From assembly GCA_965215565.1 (NCBI GenBank), contig CBDCDZ010000004.1:32001-96000 (forward strand): 64,000 bases of DNA, written 5' to 3'. Shown here piece by piece: positions 1-12,000 of this stretch; position 1 is the first letter of the stretch; each line of letters opens with the position of its first letter. The DNA is from Trueperaceae bacterium (GTDB lineage: Bacteria > Deinococcota > Deinococci > Deinococcales > Trueperaceae). The position numbers were made by a program, and so were the translations under genes. Below the pieces are notes generated by a model that saw only the letters and a program-made list of their open reading frames with translations, was not told the DNA's origin and did not search any database.

Positions 1-837
1 GAGCGTCGCAAACCAAATGATACTTGCTATATTTCTAAATCTAAGGGAGAAGGTAAGGGCGAAGAGAAACGAGCCGCCCTCTCACTCCTGAGTGCTTGGG
101 CACTCAAGAACGAACTGGTTTTAGCGCAGTTAGCCCTTGAAGAACACGCCAACGAACTTAGCCTCATTCCTGAGCTATTGGGCTTACTCGGTCTAGAAGG
201 AGCAAGCGTTAGCATCGACGCAGCAGGCTGCCATAAAGAGGTTGCTACGCAGATTGTAGAGCAAGGCGGCAACTACGTACTCTCGCTCAAGGCGAATCAG
301 GGCGTGCTTTTTGACGAAGTCAACTGGCTTTTCGAGTATCAGTTAGCTGAAGCTGTTGAAATGGACAAAAGCGAGACCTTTGACGTCGCTCACGAACGTC
401 AAAAAACGCGTACCTGTTGGTTGATGAACGACCTGAGCTACTTCGAACAAGCAGCTTACAACTTGAACGGCTGGAAGCAGCTCAGCGCTGTCATCGTCGT
501 TGAGAACCAGGTACTTCGGCAGGGCAAGCCCTCTACCAAGCGGCCTTTCTTCCTCACCCCACACAGCTTTAGCGCTGAAAAGGCGCTTACTAGAGTCAGA
601 GCGCACTGGTCGATTGAAAACCAGCAGCACTACCCGCTTGACGTTCTCTTCCGTGAAGATGCTTCGCGTACCCGAAAGGGCTTTGCCGCTCAGAACTTAG
701 CTGCGCTTAGACGTCTCGCACTCAACCTACTCAACCTCGACACCCAAACGCCCCGCTCTAAAAGACGCAAGCGCTTCAAGGCACTTCTCGGTGACCGTTA
801 TCTCCTTGAACTACTCGGGCTCACTGAGGTTGCCTAA
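1..837 (+). mobile_element. ISAs1-family transposase, 5'-incomplete; probable right end TGCGTTTGCCCT at about 838-849
   Basis: Frame is open from base 1. Motifs LLSAWA, LVLAQ, NELSLIPELL, VSIDAAGC, YVLSLKANQ and RAHWSIENQQHYPLDVLFRED are typical of ISAs1 DDE transposases. Confidence 0.9.
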
Positions 838-1018
838 TGCGTTTGCCCTAGCGATGGTGAGCATATCCAACTCAGCACCGAAAGGAACGGGTGTGCTGGA
901 GTGTTGTGCAACAGACGCGCGCATTTCACGCAGAAGATTAAGAAAAGTGGCGAGCCTTCGGAGCTGTAGGCATGTTGAGCGCGTTGCTGCCTTGCCAGAA
1001 GGGTGTAATACTCGGCGT

Positions 1019-2332
1019 ATGCTCACGGATGAGATCACTTTCGCCCCCGCCGCCACCCTCGCTAGGGCGATAAGGCTCAAGGACCTCTCCTCCGTAGAGG
1101 TGGTCGAGGTCTACCTCAAGCGAATCGAGGTGGTGAATCCTAGCCTCAACGCCGTCGTGCAGCTCGCCGCGGAAGCCGCCCTGAGCAACGCGCGGCTGGC
1201 CGACGAAGCCCTCGCGCGAGGAGATACGACCGGCCCTTTGCACGGCGTCCCTTTTACCGTTAAAGACTGGCTCGAGACGAAGGGAGTGGTATGCACCGCG
1301 GGCGAAGAGAGGCACCGAAGGTACGTTCCGAAGCATGACGCCACCGCCGTGGCGCGGCTGCGCGAGGCCGGCGGCATCTTCCTCGGCAAGACCAACATTA
1401 CCGTCAACAACCCCGTCTACGGTCGCACCAATAACCCCTACAATCTGGCGTACACGCCAGCGGGCAGCAGCAGCGGCGAGGCGGCTATCATCGCGGCGGG
1501 CGGCTCACCTCTGGGGTTGGGCAGCGACTCGGGCGGGAGCATCCGCCAGCCCGCTCACAACTGCGGCGTCGCGGGGTTCAAGCCGAGCACGGGCAGGGTC
1601 CCCCTCACAGGGCATCTGCCGCGCATCAACCCCATGAGCGACCCCCGCACGACGATTGGACCGGTGGCGCGCTACGTAGAAGACCTGGCGCTCGCGCTGC
1701 CCGTCATCAGCGGCGTGGACTGGCAGGACGCCAGCGTCGTTCCCGTGCCGCTTGGCCACTGGCAGGACGTCGGGGTAGAGCGCCTGCGCGTGGCCTTCTA
1801 CACGAGACACGCGCACGCCGAGCCGACCCCGGAGACGGACGAGGTGGTGAGAAGGGCGGCGCGAGCCCTCGCCCGGTTAGGGCTCGAGATCGAGGAGGCG
1901 CGGCCCGAGCGGGTCGAGGAAGCGTACGCGATCACCCGCGCCTATTGGCAGCGGCCCGAGTCGGAATCGTGGGACGCGTGGGTACCCGACGGTGAGGCGA
2001 AGCTGAGTGGCGAGGAGGTCGAGCGGCACCTGTTCGAGTGGGACCGGTTCCGGCGCAGCCTCGTCCGCTTCATGGCGCACTACGACGTCATCTTGACGCC
2101 TGTCGCCGAAAAACCTGCCGTGCCCCACGGCGAGCCGGAAGGCGGCATCCCTTACACGCTGCCCTACAGCCTCACGGGCTACCCTTGCGCGGTGGTGCGC
2201 GGCGGCAGCTCGCCCGAGGGGCTGCCGATCGGGGTGCAGGTCGTGGCGAAGCCGTGGCGGGATGACGTGGCGCTCGCGGTCGCGCACCGTCTCGAGCAGG
2301 CTCTGGGGGGATACCGAAAGCCTGCGATCTAG
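1019..2332 (+). CDS. Amidase-signature family amidase
   Basis: GPLHGVPFTVKD, PAGSSSGE, GSDSGGSIRQPA and GLPIGVQVVA. Start moved to ATG 1019 because the upstream extension overlaps the IS. Confidence 0.92.
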   Translation: MLTDEITFAPAATLARAIRLKDLSSVEVVEVYLKRIEVVNPSLNAVVQLAAEAALSNARLADEALARGDTTGPLHGVPFTVKDWLETKGVVCTAGEERHRRYVPKHDATAVARLREAGGIFLGKTNITVNNPVYGRTNNPYNLAYTPAGSSSGEAAIIAAGGSPLGLGSDSGGSIRQPAHNCGVAGFKPSTGRVPLTGHLPRINPMSDPRTTIGPVARYVEDLALALPVISGVDWQDASVVPVPLGHWQDVGVERLRVAFYTRHAHAEPTPETDEVVRRAARALARLGLEIEEARPERVEEAYAITRAYWQRPESESWDAWVPDGEAKLSGEEVERHLFEWDRFRRSLVRFMAHYDVILTPVAEKPAVPHGEPEGGIPYTLPYSLTGYPCAVVRGGSSPEGLPIGVQVVAKPWRDDVALAVAHRLEQALGGYRKPAI

Positions 2333-2499
2333 AGGCGCGCTTGTTACGCCTACGCCCTGGGCTATCGGTCTTGTCATCACTTTACTTACCCGAGTATGAG
2401 GTCGATTGCGTGCCTGAATAGGTCGTCGCTGCTGAAGTGCTGTGCGACGAACGCGCGCAACTCACGCAGAAAGCCTCGCCAGGCTCGCATCTCTTGCCT

Positions 2500-2952
2500 C
2501 TAACGTTTGCGTCCCTTGTCACGAGCGCTTGAGCTTAACCCAGCTCGCCTCGCGGAAGCACTGAATAGATTCCCAAAAGTGCGCGCGTCAAGCTCTGAAT
2601 TTTGCCGGTGCCTCAAACCGTTTGCACACGCCACCTCAACACGCCTAAGCAGCTCGAGGAACGTCGCCGCTGCCAAGACGAGGCGACGCACGTCGTCGTC
2701 ACGCCGCGCTTCATCCCGGTAGCGGAACTGCGAGGTCCAGGCTCGGGCGAGGGCTTGCGCGTCGTTCGCTTCGAGCGCCGCTGCGCCTCGCCCGGTCAAG
2801 AAATTGAGGTCGAAGTGTGCCTCGACCCAGGGGCGGTGACTGCTCTCAAAGGCTGCCAGGGCGTTTTTCAACGCACGCCGGCGGCAACGGCAACGCTCGA
2901 TGTCATTTAGGTAACCTGTGAAGCTACGTGTGAGGTTTTCTACGAGTTTCAT
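2500..2952 (-). CDS. Hypothetical protein, divergent from the ArsR regulator
   Basis: 150-aa ORF with an AAGGAGG RBS upstream of the ATG; no motif recognised. Confidence 0.55.
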   Translation of the reverse strand: MKLVENLTRSFTGYLNDIERCRCRRRALKNALAAFESSHRPWVEAHFDLNFLTGRGAAALEANDAQALARAWTSQFRYRDEARRDDDVRRLVLAAATFLELLRRVEVACANGLRHRQNSELDARTFGNLFSASARRAGLSSSARDKGRKR

Positions 2953-3048
2953 CTTGTGCCTCCTTAAAAGAGGCTACAGTGAGGAGCTAGGCGGTCGTTT
3001 CCACCGCCATCGAAGCGTCTAATGACGTTTCCGCCCTAGAATGAGAAC

Positions 3049-3729
3049 ATGGAGCAAACACCAGACATAGCCTCAGCCGCGGCGCTCATAGGTGACCCAG
3101 CGCGCGCTCGGATGCTGCTGTCCTTGATGGGTGGCCGGGTTCGCCCCGCTTCGGAGTTGGCGCGCCTCGCCCACGTCTCCCCTCAGACAGCTAGTTCTCA
3201 CCTCGCCAAACTGCAACGAGGGGGCCTGCTGGCAGTTGAGCGTCATGGACGCTACCGCTACTACCGTCTCGCCGGACCCGACGTAGCTAACGTGGTCGAA
3301 TCTTTACAGAACCTAACTACCGTCCCCCCTGACGACCAGAAGGGTAGCTCTGACGAACCTCTACTCTTTGCCCGCACTTGTTATGACCATCTTGCTGGCA
3401 AGGTGGCTGTCGCTCTTGCCGACGCCTTGCTGGTGGGTGGTCTCCTCGAGCTAGGGACGGGCCGCTACTACGTCACATCTACCGGGGAGCGGGCTTTTAC
3501 CGAACTTGACGTTGACTTATGTGCGCTCAACCAGCAGCGGCGTCCTCTGGCTAGGCCGTGTCTGGATTGGACGGAGCGGCGCTATCATGTGGCGGGCGCG
3601 CTCGGGGCGGCGCTAAGCGCGCGGCTCCTGCAACGCAAGTGGCTGGTGCGGCTGGAGGGGACCCGTGCGGTTCACCTGACACCGGGCGGTCTCGCAGGCT
3701 TAAAAGAGGTGTTTGGCGTCAGGCTCTAA
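3049..3729 (+). CDS. ArsR/SmtB-family transcriptional regulator with C-terminal extension
   Basis: IGDPARARML..ASELAR..SPQTASSHLAKL HTH plus ARTCYDHLAG and RPCLDWTERR. TAGAAT at 3037-3042 lies 6 nt before the ATG (leaderless-type). Confidence 0.9.
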   Translation: MEQTPDIASAAALIGDPARARMLLSLMGGRVRPASELARLAHVSPQTASSHLAKLQRGGLLAVERHGRYRYYRLAGPDVANVVESLQNLTTVPPDDQKGSSDEPLLFARTCYDHLAGKVAVALADALLVGGLLELGTGRYYVTSTGERAFTELDVDLCALNQQRRPLARPCLDWTERRYHVAGALGAALSARLLQRKWLVRLEGTRAVHLTPGGLAGLKEVFGVRL

Positions 3730-3837
3730 CTGCAAGGTGGACGCCGTACTTATCCCTCATTTGCAGCCTTGATCTCGAGAACTTCGACTCGGCAATGCTA
3801 CGCGTGAGTTGCGCGCATCTCTCGCACAACCTTTGAG

Positions 3838-5184
3838 TGGCGTTGGCCTATCACCTTGGACAAAGTTAGTAGAACGTAGACTTTGACAAGGAGATGAATG
3901 ATGGCAGAAGGAAAAAGAGTAGTCAGACAGTATCCGGTAGAGTTTAAGATCGACGCGGTGGAACTTGTTGAGAAAAAGGGCTATCCAGTCGAGCTGGACG
4001 AACGGCGGTATCACCGAGGCGGCGAGAAGTCTGGGCATTTCCGAGTCGAACATCCACAAGTGGCGTAAGCAGTACCGGGGAGGGCGCTTAGTGATGGGGC
4101 ATAAACGGGCACAGCCCACGGCTGATGAAGCCGAGTTGCGGCGTCTACGCTCGGAGGTGAAGCCCTAAAGGATTTCCTTCGGTCACGGCTCGAGACGGAG
4201 TTGGCGATTGTAAAAAAGGCTGCCATCTACTTTGCGAAACACACGACCTAAATTGCGCTTTCGTCGAAGCGCACCAGGGCGAGTTCTCCGTCTCCATGCT
4301 GTGCGAGGTCTTGGGCGTGACTAGGAGCAGCTACTACCACTGGCGGGCTCGTCAGCACCGAGAGCCAAGCGAGCGCGAGCGAAAGAACGCCGAGCTGTTG
4401 GCGAAGATCAAGGCGGTGTTCGAGAAGAACAAGGGACGCTATGGCAGCCCCCGTGTCCACGCCGAATTGAAGAAACAACACGTTGCCTGTTCCCTGGGAT
4501 GAGTCAAAAGGCTGATGCGGCGTGAAGGGCTCTACGCTGTGAGTCACAAGAAACACCGTTCCAAACATGAGCGCTGCGAGCTTGAGACCCAGAACCTTTT
4601 GCTAGAACAGCCGCGTCCGAGCGCTATCAATCAGGTCTGGCACGTGGATATCACGTATATTCCTACTGCTGAGGGCTGGCTTTACTTGGCGGGCGTCATG
4701 GACGGTTTCTCGAAGCGCATCGTCGGTTATGCGATGGCAGACAACATGAAAACTGACCTCGTGCTGCAAGCCCTGCGCTCAGCCACGACCCGGCGCAAAC
4801 CTCCGCCCGGTCTGATCCATCATAGCGATAGGGGTTCTCAATACACCTCCTATGCCTACCAGCGCGAACTCGAAACGCACAAGATGCTGCCAAGCTTTAC
4901 AGGTAAGGGGGCGTGCTTCGACAACGCTGCGATCGAGAGCTTCTGGTCTACGCTCAAACGCGAACTTGTCTATCCCATTGAGCGCTTTGCTACGCGCGAT
5001 GACGCCCGAGTTGCCGTGTTCGAATATATCGAGGTCTATATACAACCGTGAGCGGCTGCACAGCTCGCTCGGCTACGAGACGCCGGATACTTTCGAACTA
5101 TCTCAACAGAAAAAAGAGAATCAGGAGGTGAGCCTAGCCGCGTAGCTGTATACTTCGAGTGTCCAAGGTTCTAAGCCAAGCCCA
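3838..5184 (+). mobile_element. IS3-family element, inactivated (orfA from 3901, orfB to 5145)
   Basis: Imperfect TIRs TGGCGTTGGCCTATCACCTTGGACA (3838-3862) and TGTCCAAGGTTCTAAGCCAAGCCCA (5160-5184). Integrase motifs WHVDITY, HHSDRGSQY and DNAAIESFW. Two short insertions in orfA, TGA at 4500-4502 and a frameshift near 5040. Confidence 0.93.
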
Positions 5185-5518
5185 GTTCAGACCAAGCAGC
5201 GAGCGGACCGGCTCTGGCAGCACCTCATTCCGCGCCTGACACTGCAACCTCAGCCGGGCTGATCACTCGTCAGCCGAAACGGTAGCGTAACGTTTCAGCG
5301 TCACGCTAAACTATGCGAGCGAAATTCGGTGGAAGCGTGTTTTATTGTGCGGGTCGTGCGGAGCGGTGAAGGGTTAGAGATTACCTTTCAAAATGTCCGT
5401 CCGTACCAGACAGATTTCGGAGCTTACCTCTTGGGAAGAGTTGCAGAGACTTATAGAAGCTATCTGCAATGAGATTTCTAATAAATAGATGAATAGCCTC
5501 TATTCAACGCACTCAAAA

Positions 5519-5550
5519 AAAGCGCGTGCCGCAGCCTGGGCACGCGCTTT
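5519..5550. terminator. GC-rich hairpin, probable intrinsic terminator (U-tract on - strand)
   Basis: AAAGCGCGTGCC-N8-GGCACGCGCTTT preceded by an A-run. Confidence 0.6.
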
Positions 5551-5872
5551 CTAGTGAATTCATGACGAAGCGGCTTGCTAAGCGTAACGGTAGCAGAACG
5601 GCGCTTTGAGACAATGTGGGTTGGAGGTTAGAACTCATGAGGCGCTCAGCGCGAGGCCGCGCTGTAACGCTCTATGACGCCTCAACCCGTCCACTACTGC
5701 TATCTCAGCAAGTCGCTACAGGAGGTGATTTAGAAAGGCTAAGTGCGATACCTCGTTATGAGGTGTCTTTTCATAAAACACCTTTGTAAAGAAGGTGACG
5801 TTTCGCTCGAGCGTCCCCTAAAACGCTCGCGCACCCTGTACAACATACAGGGCAAAGTATATAGGAGTTTCG

Positions 5873-8128
5873 ATGAAACAACGTATGAAGTTTTCCACAA
5901 AAGCCTTGACCCTCGGCTTGGGTCTGCTCGCGCTGCTGATTTTGGCGGCGTGCAGTCAAGAGTCCGAAGAGGACATGACCGTTCGCGTGATGGCGGTTCC
6001 GGCTACAGTCACCGACGTGACCCTAGAGGTCACCGACAGCAACGGCGTAACCAACACCTACCCTGCGGTGAAAAACGCCGAAGGCGTCGCCGAAGTGACC
6101 GTCCCGAGCGTGCCTCTAGGCTCAGCGACGCTCGTCGCTAAGGGCTCGAACGCGGACGGCGTGGTGCTCTATAAGGGCACGCAAGACATCAGCGTCATCG
6201 CGGATATGCCTGTGGTGTCTTTGCTTATGTCGCGTCTGAGCAGCACGCTAAACGCCACCGCGCTCAGCAGCGAAGCGATGGACGCCGCTGAGATCGTCAC
6301 TGCGACGGTGGGCGGAGCGATGCAGCGCCTCATTATGGACAACAAGAATAGCGCGTCGGGCACGCTCGTCGGCGTTGCGACGGGCAGCAACCTCACGGTC
6401 TCGGCGCAGAGCAAACTTGCGGACGGCACCGTGGTGCGTACGGGTTCGACAAGCGGCGTCACTGTGGGCGAAGCGGGTGGCAGCACGACGGTCGTGCTCA
6501 ACGCTGTTCCTGCTGACACCCAACCCCCTGAAGTCTCCGCGATCAACTTGCCCGCAGATGCCCCTAAAGTCGGTGTGCCTTTTACCGTCATTGTTGATGC
6601 CACCGATCCTGATGGCGACCTCGACACGATCACTTTAGACTGGGGCGACGGTAGCGACCCGGCGAGCGCAGACGCGAGCAGCGGTAGCGCCAGCTTTACG
6701 TATACCTACAGCGCACCAGGGACCGTCACAATTTCGGCCACGGCGTTTGACGAAGAGAGCAGCAACAGCTTGGCTGAGAGCGTTACCGTCACCGTCGAGA
6801 GTGCCGATTCTATTGGTGATGATGACAGCGACGTGCCCGTCGAAATCGACGTGGGCGACGAGTTGGGCCAAGTTGACCTCACCGTTACAAACGTGCCAGC
6901 GGACACGGACCGCGTCCAAGCAGCCATTAGCTCTGACGCGCTTACAGGGACCTTTACCGCCGAACTCACGCCTACAGCGGCAGGCTGGTTTGGCAAGCTC
7001 GAGCTGCCGCGAAACGCCCAGTATAGTGTCGTCATCACGACCAATCCAGGCGAAAGTGACACGGACAGCACCACGGCGAGCTTCACCCTTGGCGGCGACG
7101 CGACCACCGACGTCACGCTCGACTTCGGCGCTTCTGACGGTGGGGCGGGCGGCGGTGGCGACGACAACAACGCTCCCACCGTGAGCGCAGGCGGTAACGC
7201 GGCTATCACGTTGCCGACCAACACCTACACCCTAAATGGCAGTGCGAGCGACGACGGCTTACCGGCGGGCAGCACGCTGACGACGACCTGGAGCGGTCCT
7301 GCAAGCGTCACCTTCAACGATGCGAGCAGCCTAAGCGCGACCGCGACCTTCTCGGGCGCAGGCACCTACACCCTCACCTTGAGCGCCACTGACGGCGCGG
7401 AAACCTCCAACGACAGCGTCGTCATTACTGTCAACCCCGAAACGGTCAGCAACCAAGCGCCCTCGGTGGACGCAGGCGATAACGATACGATTACGCTGCC
7501 AGGTACGGCTACGCTCGACGGCGACGTGAGCGATGACGACGGCGACGACGTGACGGCCCTCTGGAGCCAGCAGAGCGGCCCTGGTACCGTCAGCTTCGGT
7601 GACGCTGCCGCCGTAGACACCACCGCGAGCTTCTCGGCGGCGGGGACGTATGTGCTCGAGCTGAGCGCCGACGACGGCACCTCGAGTGTAAGCGACACGG
7701 TTCAGATCGCCGTCAACCCTGAGCCTGCCAGCGCCACGCTCGCTATCGCGCCGGTTAGCGATACGTGTGACGGCGTCGCCCTCGGTGACGACTGCGAGAT
7801 CACCATTGCGCTGCAGAACTACGAGGGCATCTTCATCGGCTTCCAGTTCGACTTCGACTTCGCGAATGGCACGTATGAGGTCGTCTCGAGCGACTCCAAA
7901 GCGAGCGGTATCGCCGCGACCTTCGGCACCTCTTCGGCAAGCTCGACCGCCGTACTCGCAACGGACTTCCCAACTACCGAGATTACAGGTAGCGGCGAGA
8001 TTTACACGCTCGCTGTCACGAAAGTGGCCGCTGGTTCCGATACCTTCACGACCAGTGAGGTGCTGCTGAGCGGTGCTGGGAACACACCTGTTCCGAACGT
8101 AGCAGGCGGTTCGCTGGATCTAGACTAA
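5873..8128 (+). CDS. Lipoprotein with Ig/PKD-like repeats and a C-terminal cohesin-like domain
   Basis: AGGAG RBS; lipobox LAAC; PKD motifs (LDWGDGS, YTYSAPGT, two NxAPxVxAG..GTYxLxLSAxDG repeats). The C-terminal GDDCEITIAL..GFQFDFDF..ITGSGEIYTL resembles a cohesin. Confidence 0.85.
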   Translation: MKQRMKFSTKALTLGLGLLALLILAACSQESEEDMTVRVMAVPATVTDVTLEVTDSNGVTNTYPAVKNAEGVAEVTVPSVPLGSATLVAKGSNADGVVLYKGTQDISVIADMPVVSLLMSRLSSTLNATALSSEAMDAAEIVTATVGGAMQRLIMDNKNSASGTLVGVATGSNLTVSAQSKLADGTVVRTGSTSGVTVGEAGGSTTVVLNAVPADTQPPEVSAINLPADAPKVGVPFTVIVDATDPDGDLDTITLDWGDGSDPASADASSGSASFTYTYSAPGTVTISATAFDEESSNSLAESVTVTVESADSIGDDDSDVPVEIDVGDELGQVDLTVTNVPADTDRVQAAISSDALTGTFTAELTPTAAGWFGKLELPRNAQYSVVITTNPGESDTDSTTASFTLGGDATTDVTLDFGASDGGAGGGGDDNNAPTVSAGGNAAITLPTNTYTLNGSASDDGLPAGSTLTTTWSGPASVTFNDASSLSATATFSGAGTYTLTLSATDGAETSNDSVVITVNPETVSNQAPSVDAGDNDTITLPGTATLDGDVSDDDGDDVTALWSQQSGPGTVSFGDAAAVDTTASFSAAGTYVLELSADDGTSSVSDTVQIAVNPEPASATLAIAPVSDTCDGVALGDDCEITIALQNYEGIFIGFQFDFDFANGTYEVVSSDSKASGIAATFGTSSASSTAVLATDFPTTEITGSGEIYTLAVTKVAAGSDTFTTSEVLLSGAGNTPVPNVAGGSLDLD

Positions 8129-8134
8129 CGCGTT

Positions 8135-8158
8135 TGAGAGGGAGCACGCTCCCTCTCA
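8135..8158. other. Intergenic hairpin inside the lipoprotein operon
   Basis: TGAGAGGGAGC-AC-GCTCCCTCTCA, no U-tract on the + strand. Confidence 0.6.
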
Positions 8159-8194
8159 CGCTATGCAAAAAACCAAACCGAACAACTCACCCAT

Positions 8195-9083
8195 AAAGGA
8201 AGGCCATGAACCGACACCTACTATTTATCCTAAGTATGAGCCTGCTCGTCTTGCTGGCTGCGTGTGGCCGGGGCGGACCAAGGGGCGACTACCTCGCGGT
8301 AGCGTTCGAGGTGCCCGCAAATACCGTCGCTTTAGAAGCCGACATCAGCTATGACCCCGAGCAGCTCGAACTCCTAGGCGCAGCTTCGGCGCACAAGGGC
8401 GTGCTGGCTGCCGCAGGCACCGATAGAGGCCAGCTCAAGCTCAACGCCGTGGCGACTGACCTCACACCTAAAGGCCGTGACTTCGCCTTGGTCTCCTTCA
8501 AGATCAAGCAACCTGGCGCTAAACCCGAAGTCAAACTCCTACGCGCTTACAACGCTCAAAAAGAAGAACTAGACACGCCGCGCTCAAGTATGAGACGCAC
8601 CGAGCGCGACTTAGCAGCGGACTACGACCCCGAAGCGCAAGCGCAGCGCACGCTCAACCCCCAAGCCGATAGCAGCGACCTCGACTTGCAAGCGAGCTTT
8701 GCAGATTACCCGCTGGGCGACCTCGACCAGAGCAGCGCGGTCAACGTCTTTGACGTGATCGACGTGATCGCGGTGTCGCTTGGTAGCGCGAGCAGCGCCA
8801 CCGACTACCAACTCTACGTAGGGGACTTAACGGCGAACGGCGCTGTTGACCTCTTCGACGTGATCAGCGTGGTGGAGAAGTCGGTGAACGTGAACGCACC
8901 GGCGAGCCTGGTGGTGCGTCCTGATGTCTTAGAACTAGCGACAGGCGAGAGCGGGCTGATTCTAGTTGGCAACGCGGGCAACTTGCCTCTAAACGCGACG
9001 CTCAGCAGCAGCACGGACGCGGCTATCAGCAAGCTGAATAACGAAGTAGCTGGGCAGACTGCCGCCTATGAGGTGGTGGCGGG
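8195..9083 (+). repeat. 889-bp direct repeat, copy 1 (RBS plus 5' end of lipoprotein gene)
   Basis: Matches 14134-15022 at offset 5939. I saw no difference by eye, and the translated and antisense ORFs are identical. Confidence 0.95.
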
Positions 9084-12000
9084 GTCAAAGAGCGGACCCA
9101 TAGTCGTCGAGGGCGCAGGTAAGAAGAGCGTCGGCTTGCTCGTTGACGGCGATACCTCTGGACCCACTCCCGGCACGGTACTTTACCGCGTCAACGCCAA
9201 CGGCTCAATCCCCCTCTCCGCCGCTGACGGCAGCAGCCCCGACTGGGAACCCGACGCTTCTTATGTAACGGATATTGGAAGCACGAGCACGAACACAAAC
9301 GGCTCGAATACTACCGATCTCGGGCCTGCGCCAGCCGCGATTTTCAACTCGGAGCGGTGGGACGCAGCGGCTGCGCCGGAGATGACCTACGCTTTCCCCG
9401 ACATCCCGATGAGCGAAATTGAGGTCAAGCTGTACCTCTCGGAGACCTTTAGCGGCGCGTCTAGCGTCGGCGCTCGCATCTTCGATGTCGCGGTTGAAGG
9501 AACTGTACCAACGGTCTTTGACAACATCGACCAGTACGACTTAGCAGGCGAGCAGCTCAACACGCCCGTCGTTCTCTCTTATACGACATTCGTGAGCGAC
9601 GGCACGCTGAATTTAGAATTCATCCACATCGAGGAAAACCCGGCGGTCAAAGGGATCGAAGTGCTCGTCGCCGGGCCGCAAACGGGTCAGCTCGGCGCGT
9701 CGCCGACGAGCCTTGAGTTTGGGTCTGTCGTCACGGGCGAGAGTAAGACGCAGAGTGTCACGCTCACCAACTTTGGCGGCGCGGGCGACCCCAATATCAA
9801 GGTCTCAGGCGTATCGGTCAGCGGAGACTTCTCCGACGACTTCGGTAGCTCGGTTACCCTTGCACCGGGTAACACGACCTCGTTTGACGTCACCTTCAGC
9901 CCTGACTCGGCGGGCAGCCAGAGTGCTCAGCTAGAGATTACCCACAACGCGCCGAACACACCCTCACCCATCGTCATCGACCTCTCGGGTGAAGGCGTAA
10001 CGGACGCCGTGCCGACCGAGCCCGCTTTCGGCACGAGCACGCTCTCCGGCGCGAGCCCTATCGCCCCGACCTCCTTGCAGTTCGGACCCGACGGACGCCT
10101 CTACGTGTCCGGTCGCTTCGGTGAAATCTACATCTACACTGTCGAAAGGGACGGCGCGAACGACTATCAAGTCACAGCAACCGAGACGCTACAACAGGTC
10201 AAGAACATCAAGAACCACGACGACGACGGCTCGCTCAACACCAACAATAACAGCCGCCAGGTGACCGGCCTCTACATCGCGGGCACAGCAGACAGCCCGG
10301 TTCTCTACGTCTCTTCTAGCGACCCCCGCGTCGGCGCGGGTGGCGGCGGGCAGGACAAAAACTTAGACACCAACTCGGGTGTTATCTCGAGGTTGACTAA
10401 GACGAACTCCGGCTGGGATCACGTGCAACTCGTGCGCGGCCTGCCCCGCTCCGAGGAGAACCACGCGACGAACGGGATGCAGCTCGACACGGTGAACAAC
10501 ACCCTTTACGTCGCGCAAGGGGGTCACGCGAACGCGGGTGCGCCTTCAAACAACTTCGCGTTTACCACCGAATACGCGCTCTCAGCGGCGGTCTTGAGCG
10601 TCGACCTGGACGCGATTGATGACTTGTCAACCAAAACCGATAGCGAGGGGCAGAAATACAAGTACAACCTGCCGACTTTAGACGACCCGACCCGCAGCAA
10701 CAGCGGCGGCGAAGATGTGAACGACCCCTTCGGCGGTAACGACGGCTTGAACCAAGCCAAGCTCGTGCCCGGCGGCCCCGTGCAGATTTATGCGCCCGGC
10801 TTCCGCAACCTCTACGACATCGTCATCACCCAAAACGGGCGCATGTACGGCGTGGACAACGGCGCGAACTCGAGCTGGGGCGGCTTCCCCGAGTACGAGG
10901 AGTCGTTCGACTGTACGAACAACTACCTTTCGGGCGAGCCCGGCTCGACCGGCCCCGGTCCGAACCCCAGCAATTATCCGAGCGGAATCACCCTTTTGCC
11001 CGGCAGCGACGGCCAAGTGGACGGCAAGGTCAACAACAAAAACGGCCTGCACTTCATCCGCCCCTTGAACGGCGAGCCCTACTACGGCGGTCACCCTACG
11101 CCGATTCGCGGCAACCCCGCCGGAGCCGGTCTCTGGTTTAACGGGACGTGGTATGAACCGGGCAACGGTAATCTACCTGAAGACTGGCCGCCCGTGCCGG
11201 AGGGTTACGCTAACCCTACCGAGTGCGACTTCCAAAACTCCGGCGTAGACGACACGAGCATCGCCAACTACGGTCCCTCGACCAACGGCGTGACCGAGTA
11301 CACCGCCAGCAACTTCGGCGGCGCGATGCAAGGCGACATCTTGTCGGTAGGCTATACCGGCAGCGGCGTGATTTTCCGCGCAATTCTCAACGCCGCAGGC
11401 GACGAAGTCGAGACCTGCACCGACATCTTGCCGAGCAACTGTAACGTCAAGCTGGCAGAAGGCTTCGGTAAGAACACGCTCGACATCGCCGCGCAAGGCG
11501 ACGACGGAATTTTTGGCGGCACGATCTGGGTTGCGAACATCGGCGGCGGCATCAGCGTGCTCGAGCCTGTTGACTACGACGGCAGCGGCACGGGCGGCGG
11601 CTCCGGTGGTGGCACTATCGCCCCCAACTGCCAGACCATCGCCGCGCAGAATCCCAACGGCGACGAGGACAATGACGGCTACAGCAACTCTGACGAAGCC
11701 GACAACGGCACCAACCCCTGTAACCCTGCCTCGCTCCCTAGCGATAACGACAACGACGACCTCTCCGACTTAAACGACGCAGACGACGATAACGACGGTA
11801 TTGACGACGTAAACGACCCTTTCGCGCTCGACGCGGACAACGGCACGTCCATAGACTTAGACGTTGAGCTGACCTTCGAAGGGCAGCAAGACGGTGGCTA
11901 CAGCGGCTTGGGTTTCACGGGCTGGATGACGGACGGCAGCACGGACTACCTAGAGCAGTTCGACCCCGAATTCATCCTAGCGGGCGGCGCGACGGGTATC

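Noticed and set aside
791..1018. N-terminal extension of the amidase ORF
   Set aside because: It overlaps the ISAs1 end and intergenic repeat sequence; amidase-like sequence begins at ATG 1019.
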